This document shows positions 53,650-64,000 of a DNA stretch of 64,000 nt, one piece after another. Position numbers and translations under genes: made by a program. Within the stretch, counting starts at the first letter, position 1. Each line of letters starts with the position of its first letter. This DNA is from Eledone cirrhosa (Eukaryota), in assembly GCA_964016885.1 (NCBI GenBank), contig OZ024751.1, positions 49,538,001-49,602,000 of the forward strand. Direction: 5' to 3'. A model generated the notes under the pieces. The model made no database searches. It was not told the DNA's origin and saw only the letters and a program-made list of their open reading frames with translations.

Positions 53650-55056
53650 TTGTGTGAATGTGTGGATCTGCGCGTGTGTGTGTGTGTGTGTGTACGTCCG
53701 TCTCTGTGCGTGAGTATGTGTGTGTTACTGTGTGTATGTGTATGAGTGTGTATGTGTCTATGTGTGTAAGTGTGTATGTATGTATACCTGCGTGTGTATG
53801 TGTGTGACTGAGTGTGTGTGTATGTATGTGTGTGTTAAATTTATCTAATCCCTATCCGCGCAGTTATTATATTATTCTTGGTGTTATTCATATTCATATT
53901 TCCATTCATATACGTATTCCTATTCTTGAACTCATTCTTATTCTATATTTACAAACAGCTGCATTCTGTATTCATAATTCTTAATCTTGTTCTTATTCAT
54001 ATACATATCCTCATTTATATACAATGTTTTTTTAAATATTCAAATAATTTTTCCTATATGGATGTTTGTACACTGCTTGCTATACATAATATTATTGATA
54101 CGGATTGGCAGTATCGGATGAGCCGCTGATAAATACGATTGCTTCATATATATATATTTGCTTCGTTACATTGTGAGTTCGAATCCTACCAGTTGCAGGT
54201 TTTCTTTTTCATCCATGGAACAATGACCTCGCAAAAATACAACCGACTATTCTAACACTCCCAGAATCTAATCTATGCCTATGTTTGAAATATTCAGTAT
54301 TAGAGTTGTTTTTACATTTTACCTAAAGACATATATTATTGTTGTCTGAAGTGATTTCAGCTTTCTGCAATTATTTGCTTATAATCCATGTCATCGGATT
54401 TGCTCCATTCAACAGGGTTTACATTTTCCAAGTCCATTTTTAGACATAAATGTTATAGAATTGATATATCCATTTTCACGAATATTGTGTTTTCTCTACA
54501 TTGTAAATACTTATTTTTGGTATGAAATTAGAGTAGTGGAGAGTGGATCATAGAACATTAAATAATTTACTGTTGGCCTTCTACGTTCTGATATGAAACA
54601 TTACTCTGTCTGTTTGTTATAGATTTATATCTTCCTGAGATACTGATGCCCTATTTCCCGCAGTTCTCTGCTGCATTATATCCATTCTCTGACTATTGTA
54701 GGATAAGAATAAAAGTCGGGAAAAATATATACACTTAGAGGAAAAGGGAGTCTCATTATCGTGTACCTATATTTTACAAAGTACTTGAAATTTTGAATTT
54801 AGCTCATGGACGGCATTTGCAAAGTAACAGTGGTCAGCGCACCACACGTTTCGGGATCATTAAAGGAGAGCTTCCACCTAACGACAACACACGTAACTGT
54901 TTTCTTTGTACTTATGTGATAATCAATTGGCCTTGCAGATATCTAGAGATATTTAGGTATACAGATACGGAGGACTGGAAAACAAGGTGTGATATATGTA
55001 TAAATACACATATATTTTTTTTAAATGTATATATATATATATATACATATATATAC

Positions 55057-55133
<77 letters not shown>

Positions 55134-55449
55134 TGTGTGTGTGTGTTTCCATTTCTGTTCCTTATACTTTCACCTGTGTAGGACATCTCGTATTTTTCTT
55201 ATTATTTTCTTATCATTTTCTTATATATCTATCTATATATATCTATCTATATCTATATCTATATGTATATAGAGAGAGGGATATATATATAGAGAGAGAG
55301 AGACAGAGAGAGAGTGAGAGAGAGAGAGAGAGCTAGATAGATAATTACAAGACTGACATAGACTGGTACTCAAGTTTCGTTGGCTTCTGGACCCCAAATT
55401 CTCCAGCCTGTCATAGCATACTGAAGATATTTCCACTTAACTTTTACTT

Positions 55450-55627
<178 letters not shown>

Positions 55628-55978
55628 GTCTGTATATATACATACATATGTATATATATATATATATTGGGTGGTCGTTTGCTCGGTTGGTTGGCGGCTT
55701 GGTTAATATGATCGTGACTTATATCGCGTAAGTTTCAAGCTTAAAACTGACGTTAAATATCAACGTACAAACAATTCACACCCAGAGAATCAAATCACTT
55801 TAAAAAAGAGCCACAAATTTTGATTTATCGTTTCACAGACTCCTTTCAGCTAACTCTGGTGTGAATCAAAATTGTCTACTGTCTTCTCTAGGTGAATTAT
55901 TTTTCTAAACATTCAGCAGATTCCACTAATTTCGTGCAATTTCGGAGAATTTCACTAGGTAGAATCATTATATGTTTG

Positions 55979-56082
<104 letters not shown>

Positions 56083-56103
56083 TATATATATATATAGATG
56101 TAT

Positions 56104-56923
<820 letters not shown>

Positions 56924-57514
56924 GGGGGGTGAGAGGGAAAGAGAGAGAGCGTAGACAGAGAGAGAAGGAGGGGAATGAGATTGTGCACTAACTCTAGCAC
57001 ACACACACACACACACACATGCATATATATGCACACACACATATATACACACACACATATACAATGTCTCTATGTGTAACTCTGTGTCAGTGTCTATGTC
57101 TATAACAATGTATGGTCGTCTATGTTTATAAGTGCAATTATTTGTGATAATAAAGAGATATGGCCATGATAAGAAAGATTGAGATTTACACATTTAGTAA
57201 GCGACGAAGTTCAAGAAGAGTGGGAAAGCGAGACAGAGGTGGGAAAAGAAGAAATATGTTCGTTGTCTTATTGACGTTAAGTGATGTTTCCAAAGAGGAA
57301 ATATTTGGTTGTAAGAGTCAACATTGCAGAAAGTAGTGCCAATAGATTTGTACAGAAATATGGAATCTTGAATGCTGCCAAGAAGTGTGTTGGTGCGCGT
57401 GAGATATGTGTGGGAATGTGTGTGTGTGTATAGTTGTGTATATATAATATATATATATATATAACAACTATAAACACAGACATGCCCACACACATACAAA
57501 GGTACATTCTATAG

Positions 57515-57915
57515 TAAAAATGTCACACAATGAGATTGTTGATGGAAATGCCGTCAAAATGTCAACATTAAGAGGTTTTTGAAAGAAATGCTGACAAAAG
57601 TCAACATAAGGAAATTTTTGATAGAAATGCCGTCAATATGTCAACATAATGAGATTTTTATAGAAATTCCGTCAAAATGTCAACATAATGATATTTCTGA
57701 TAGCCATGCCGTCAAAATGTCAACATAATGAGGTTTTCTGTTTTAAATGCCATCAAAATATCAACATAATGACATTTTTTATAGAAATTCCGTCAAAGTG
57801 TCAACATAAGGATTATTTTTGTAGAAATAGCTGTGAAAATGTCAACATAATGAGATTTTTGATAGAAATGCCGTCAAAATGTCAACATAATGAGATTTTT
57901 TTATAGAAATGGTGT
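57515..57915. repeat. Minisatellite, ~39-40-bp unit, ~10 copies
   Basis: Consensus approximately ATAGAAATGCCGTCAAAATGTCAACATAATGAGATTTTT. Confidence 0.9.
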
Positions 57916-58094
57916 TGAAAGAGGAAAGACCTATTTTTGATCGACCTGACTCTGTAATCGAAAGATGGTCAGATATGTTTCCTATGCGATCCCGTCTCAG
58001 AATTCTATACGTGAAGATCTCTCTCTCGCCCTCTCTCTCTCTCTCTCTCTCTCTCGTTCTCGCTCTCTCTCTCTCTTCCTCTTGTGTATATATA

Positions 58095-58151
<57 letters not shown>

Positions 58152-58416
58152 TATACATACATATATATACAAATAACATTTCAGAGAGATTGAATTTCGG
58201 CAGTGGTCAAAAACAAACCGAAACGCAATTTTCGAGATATGCTGCAACCGCTCATCGACTAAAATAAGACCAGAGCAATAAACATAGGTTATAAAGGCCA
58301 AACAAACTGAAAATGGCGGTCATGAAGCTGTTCAGCCACCGAAGACAAATAAACGAAGCAAGCTAAACAGGTCAAATGAAAGAATCGTATGTATATATAT
58401 ATATATATATATATAT

Positions 58417-58463
58417 GAACCAGTAAGACCCCCACCTGGTTCCTTACCACATTTCCTTCGTTA
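58417..58463. mobile_element. Minimal two-ended PLE insertion (family A)
   Basis: GAACCAGTAAGACCCC (inverted tail-less end) fused to ACCTGGTTCCTTACCACATTTCCTTCGTT (distal tail end), within (TA)n. Confidence 0.7.
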
Positions 58464-59021
58464 TATCTATATATATATATATATAACGAAGGAAATATGG
58501 TAAGGAACCAGGTGGACCATAACGCACCAAAGTACTCAATACTTAGGGTAGTAGAGTGGGTAATAGGAACCAGTAAGACCCGACGGCCTAGCTCAAGCCG
58601 TTCTCGACGGCTAATTCTGGACTAAATGAAAATTTATCCTGGTATTTTAAATAGCCGAGCTTCTCAAGGGGTAATTCCATATATGGTCAAAGTGATTGTC
58701 AAAAGTTAGTAAGTAATTCAGTTGATTGCAAATTAGTAGGGGAGATGGTGGCTAAACCTGCCAGTAGGAGAAAAAGGGGGAGGGGGTGGAGTAGAACCCA
58801 ATCCTGCGTTGTAGTGCCAGCTACAGCTGGGCAGGAGGTCAAAGAAGATACTGGGGAGGGGGAGGGGGAGGAAGTCGAAACGGTAGGTAGAACAATGAGG
58901 GGTAAAAAATATATATATGAAAGAAAAAATACTGAGAGTGATGAAAAGCGAATAAGTGTAAAGAAAAAAGAGTATAAAAGCAAGTTCTACGACCTAAGTC
59001 TCTAGCTATTGTTAGGCTAGA

Positions 59022-59056
<35 letters not shown>

Positions 59057-59737
59057 AAGAAAGAAAGAAAGAAATAAAGAAATAACGAAATAAGTAAATA
59101 AACTAGGTGGGACGGATTAGGCAAGGACCCTTTTAAGAGGTATAAGTACGTAAATCATACGGTGACGGGTCAACAAATGGGGCCAAAATACTAAAGAAAC
59201 TACCACGAAATAAATAATAAAGGTTTCTATCCCAGGCACAGGGCAGCAACCACCCAGTGCAGCAAAGTAAACTAGTACGAGATAATAATTCTGAGTCCCC
59301 GAAAAAATATATACTAATGCTAACTCTAAAGGTACCGCCGCGCTACAAAAGATCTTATACAAGCTACATGAAAGTTCGTACGAAGTAAAGGTAGAATACG
59401 GAAAAATAAATTCAGAATCCACCCGGCCCAAAAGAAAAGAGAAGAAAGAAATACTGAAACGAGAAAATAAGGCATAAGTGCCACTAAGAAATATAGAAGG
59501 CACGGAAAATAGGGGGAGCGGTCGGAAAAGGGGCAAGTATCCGGGGTCTAACACAACTGCTATAAAAAGCGGAGTCCGCCAAATCTATCATAGACTAGGG
59601 GAGGGGTGGGGGTACTGAGGCTACAGGGGGCCAAAGCGCAGCCTCGGGTGGGCGAGAAAGACGCCGACAAAGAAGAAGAACTGGGTAGAAGGACTAAGGA
59701 GGGATGTGCGAAGAAGGAAATAAAGGAAGCGATAAAA

Positions 59738-59943
59738 GAATGACCTCTTCAACTGGTCAAGACATTAAATTTAAACCCAGACACAACCGATTCCTACAAA
59801 AACTCCGTAGCAACCTTAACAGAGTATGATAACACCAATGACATCATGGTGCATTCGGATAAAACTGGGAACCTATACTTTGTCAACCCTGACAGATACC
59901 ACACACTGATCAGGAGCAGCCTAAACTCCACCTATAAAAAGGC
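59738..59943 (+). pseudogene. N-terminal PLE RT fragment
   Basis: NDLF..DIMVHSDKTGNLYFVNPDRYHTLIRSSLNSTYKK aligns with FVLSDKTKNLFEVNSNLYNQLLTNSITNKYQ of PLE copy 2; frameshifted upstream. Confidence 0.75.
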
Positions 59944-60996
59944 CTTTATTTCCTTCATCCCCCATCCCTCCTTAGTCCTTCTACCCCAGTTCTTCTTCTT
60001 GTCGGCGTCTTTTCTCGCCCACCCGAGGCTGCCCTTTGGCCCCCTGTAGCCTCAGTACCCCCCACCGCCTCCCTAGTCTATGTTAGATTTGGCGGACTCC
60101 GCTTTTTATAGCAGTTGTGTTAGACCCCCGGATACTTGCCCCCTTTTCCGACGCTCCCCCTATTTTCCGTGCCTTCTATATTTCTTAGTGGGCACTTATG
60201 CCTTATTTTCTCGTTTCAGTATTTCTTTCTTCTCTTTTCTTTTGGGCGGGGTGGATTCTGAATTTATTTTCCGTATTCTACCTTTACTTCGTACGAACTT
60301 TCATGTAGCTTGTATAAGATCTTTGTTACGCGGCGGTACCTTTAGAGTTAGCATTAGTATATATTTTTTTCGGGACTCAGAATTATTATCTCGTACTAGT
60401 TTACTTTGCTGCACTGGGTGGTTGCTGGCCTTGTGCCCGGGATAGAAACCTTTATTATTTATTTCGTGGTAGTTTCTTTAGTATTTTGGCCCCATTTGTT
60501 GACCCGTCACCGTATGATTTACGTACTTATACCTCTTAAAAGGGTCCCTTGCCTATTCCGTCCCACCTAGTTTATTTACTTATTTCGTTATTTCTTTATT
60601 TCTTCTTCTTTCTTTTATTTATTTATTTATTTTATTTATTTATATTATTTATCTAGCCTAACAATAGCTAGAGACTTAGGTCGTAGAACTTGCTTTTATA
60701 CTCTTTTCTCTTTACACTTATTCGCTTTTCATCACTCTCAGTATTTTTTCTTTCATATATATATTTTTACCCCTCATTGTTCTACCTACCGTTTCGACTT
60801 CCTCTCCCTCCCCCTCCCCAGTATCTTCTTTGACCTCCTGCCCAGCTGTAGCTGGCACTACCAACGCAGGATTGGGTCTACTCCACCCCCTCCCCTTTTT
60901 CTCCTACTGGCAGGTTTAGCCACCATCTCCCCTACTAATTTGCAATCACTGAATTACTACTAACTTTTGACAATCACTTTGACCATATATGGAATT

Positions 60997-61090
60997 ACTC
61001 CTTGAGAAGCTCGGCTATTTAAATACCAGGATAAATTTTCATTTAGTCCAGAATTAGCCGTCGAAACGGCTTGAGCTCAGCCGTCGGGGT
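60997..61090 (+). ncRNA. Type I hammerhead, U3-A8 core variant (mirror copy with indels on - strand at 58578-58672)
   Basis: ACTCC TTGAGAA GCTCGGCTA..TAGCCGTC GAAA CGGCT tgagctc AGCCG TC GGGGT. Confidence 0.7.
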
Positions 61091-61356
61091 CTTACTGGTT
61101 CCTATATATATATATATATATATATACGATTAAAAATCTGAAATTTTTCTGGGAGCTCTATAAGTGTAGAGACGTTAATTAATTTAGGGCTTGAGTGAGA
61201 TCGTATCAATTACATAATTGATGCCTTTGAAAGGCGCAAAGGGCAATGGTGTCATTTAAAAAATGATCTAAGATTCCAGAATATTGCATTATTCTTCATA
61301 TACTAGTCTACCTCCCTCTCTCTCTCTTTCTCTCTCACACACATACACACACACAC

Positions 61357-61389
<33 letters not shown>

Positions 61390-61509
61390 TATCTCTTTCA
61401 CTTACCCACTCACTCACTTTCTCCCCCTGCCTGTATATGTATATATATGCAAGTTTGTATGCATGTATGTATGTACGTATGTATGCCTATATATATGTAC
61501 GTATGTATG

Positions 61510-61790
61510 CTGGCAAAGGGTGCAGGAACTCAAGAAAGTCAACGGCCATCCAAATAGTACTGTTTGTTTCACTTGGGAGTGAAAGGCCCCCAGTTGTTGT
61601 CACAACACCTTTCTAGGAGAGGGAAACTCTGAAAAAACACCTTCGGCCTCGGAAGCATCCGATGATGTTGACCAGTTCTCCTTTTCGGGTAGGGTTTTCG
61701 ATGCTCAGAAAGTGGGATAGGTCGAGTGCAAGGCCTTTCTCCACTTAAAAACCTTTCAAAGCACAGACATTGCTTGTTCAGGATATGTTA
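61510..61790 (+). mobile_element. Decayed relative of the 48471-49078 element
   Basis: GGAACTCAAGAAAGTCAACGGCCATCC..TTCTAGGAGAGGGAAAACTCTGA..GATGTTGACC matches 48625-48780 loosely. Confidence 0.5.
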
Positions 61791-61984
61791 CATGTTTGTG
61801 TGACTGGCCATAGCCTAAAAGAGCACCAAACTCTATAACCTAACAAGCGATTGCAGTACTCTTAGCAGAGTTTGCAGCCATCATGCCTCTATGTAAGTAT
61901 GTAAGCGCGCATGTATGTATACCCAATAAAATTAAAACAGGGAGAAAGAATTACCTAGAAAAGTAATCATCATAGACAGATGGG

Positions 61985-62100
61985 TTAATGTGTAGTTTAA
62001 GCTAGGCACACAATCGTGAGTCATGATTTCGATTCACCCAGCAGGCGCCGCGTTGTGTCTCTGGTTACGTCACTTCATTTCACATTGCTCCAACTGTAAT
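61985..62100 (+). mobile_element. Old tRNA-SINE relic (different family)
   Basis: Box B-like GATTTCGATTC followed by GTTGTGTCTCTGGTTACGTCACTTCATTTCAC, resembling the widespread GTGTCCTTG..CACTT SINE core. Confidence 0.35.
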
Positions 62101-62939
62101 TCTCTGTGCCTGTAGGTCTTCACTCGCACTAAATCACCCTGACGTCTACCTTAAAGAGATTAGTGCTTGCATAAACCGGAGCACTCCTCGTCGTAAACGA
62201 CTAATGACCAACAGTAAAATATGAGCCAGTTTGGTGCATTAGTTTATATGTGTATCAGAAACCGTGTCTCCTCGTCTACAATAGCTAACCATATGGTGAT
62301 ATGATAGAAATATCTGGCCATTAAAACTAATACAATGTCGGTGCATTAATATAAACACAACGTAAAATCAAACAACTGTGCTTGTCGCAGGAAGTCATTC
62401 GGTACAAAATATATTAACCAATTTAGATTTGTAATAGTGTTTCGCTAAATTCTTTACTCGTATTACAGTTATATTATTAAGTATCATTCATCTAATGCAT
62501 ACACATTGGATTAAATACATATACACATACAATCACACACAGACATACACACACACAAATACTCACACATAAACACACACAGACACACAGACACGCAAAC
62601 ACATACACAGATACTCAGACACAACACCCAAAAACGCACACACATACACACACACATATATATATATGTTTTTATTTGCGTGTATATATGTATAAATGTG
62701 TAGATATATGTGTATATAAAGACATATATATATACACACACACACATAGAAACACACACACATATACACACGCACATACACACACACACTCACATATATA
62801 TATATATATATTATTATACTGAGCATGTAAATATGTAGATTAGTAAATCTCATATTGGTTATGTCTAGTGAAACAGCTTTTGAAATTAGGTGTTAGTAAT
62901 TTTTATCCTGAATTATATATATATGTCTGTGTGCATGCA

Positions 62940-63045
<106 letters not shown>

Positions 63046-63417
63046 GGTGTGAATGCACCCTGATGTCCTGGATAAATTACATATCAATCAATTCAATGGA
63101 CTTGGAATACATACACTACATCCAGATTTATTGCCACGATAATGCAGAGCAATTTTCATTACAGCCCTAAATGTTATTTGTCTACGAATTGTGAAGTATG
63201 TGTGAAATCTATTCCGGAAATGGACGTATTTTGCAGCCTTTTTATATTTTCTGATATAAATTTTCTCAGACAACAGGGCAGACGATAAAAACCTACTCTT
63301 CCAACAATATCAACAGCAAAACAAATGATATGTACACACAGACTTATATCAACCCTACTTTCCTCACACATATTTTCTCGTAGCAATAAGGGTAATGCTG
63401 AAGTTGTCTTTATTTGA

Positions 63418-63455
<38 letters not shown>

Positions 63456-63516
63456 GTGGGTGTGTCTGTAACTATGTATTAATGTATGAATCTAAGTGTA
63501 TATGTATGTATATATA

Positions 63517-63962
63517 TTTGTTTTGCGAGGTTTTTTAGATGAAATCGTGTGTCGAAACAGATATTGTTATACTTGGGGAGGGTCATATTGTTATAATATT
63601 GCCAGAAATAATAACAGAACACACTCATTGTTTGGTTGGTATTCGCTTCTGTATCTTTTATATCTCCATAGTTAATTCATCCGGCAATCAATGTTTATCA
63701 TTGATTGACCAACGGTCAAAAATCCAGAAAGAAATATATATATATATAGTCTAACAAAGTTCTTTCGTTGCACATCTGCAACATTATCAGTTGTGCTATT
63801 ATGTTTCCTCCTGTTGTATTGTATGTCTACGCCATTTTTATTTTATCTGGAAACAGATAAGATAAAAATGTTGTAGATATATCAACCAAACAGTGAGTGT
63901 GTTCTGTTATTATTTCTGGCAATATTATTACAACAATATGACCCTCCCCAAGTATAACAATA
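63517..63962. mobile_element. Palindromic PLE-end insertion related to 3273-3712, with left-arm tail and a decayed hammerhead (~63753-63796, -)
   Basis: ATATTGTTATACTTGGGGAGGGTCAT (63561) mirrors ATGACCCTCCCCAAGTATAACAATAT (to 63962). Minus strand reads CTGATAA T GTTGCA gatg TGCAAC GAAA GAAC TT. Confidence 0.7.
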
Positions 63963-64000
63963 TGTATATATATATATTTCTATCGATAGTCGATCGACGA

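Larger units (their letters stand above)
58484..61104. mobile_element. PLE copy 3 (relative of copy 1): palindrome of two 3' UTR arms (58484-59742 minus with tail; 59943-61104 plus without tail) around a short ORF fragment
   Basis: Arms mirror each other and align with 1790-2999; (TA)n flanks. Confidence 0.9.

Noticed and set aside
62100-62140. Extra collagen exons at AG/GT-like sites (20268, 55872-55895, 62115)
   Set aside because: No Gly-X-Y periodicity, and early stop codons.

Overview
AT-rich, microsatellite-saturated animal DNA. The tRNA-SINE family and repeat landscape suggest an octopus or other coleoid cephalopod (inference). Almost all predicted ORFs are translations of (TA)n/(CA)n/(GA)n or a pentamer satellite. 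Real coding content is limited to: two phase-compatible exons of a + strand collagen-domain gene (17940-18018, 50232-50312; probably colmedin/gliomedin-like); two different 5'-truncated Penelope-like retroelements with RT, a CxCx5Cx5C linker and a C-terminal GIY-YIG endonuclease (Hydra-clade-like); and RTE LINE fragments. Also present are tRNA SINEs, two MITEs, a non-autonomous Helitron, an 8-kb 105-bp satellite and a minisatellite. The most striking signal is about 20 head-to-head palindromic PLE-end insertions in (TA)n tracts, from about 9 sequence families. They carry type I hammerhead ribozymes, several with non-canonical cores (UUGANAA with a U3-A8 pair, CAGAAGA, U-U at 10.1/11.1). They share an asymmetry: one arm stops at a fixed TA, the other runs about 60-100 nt further into a tail. 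In 8 families that tail starts with a covarying RCTC...GAGY hairpin. Ribozyme folds were read by eye and are untested.
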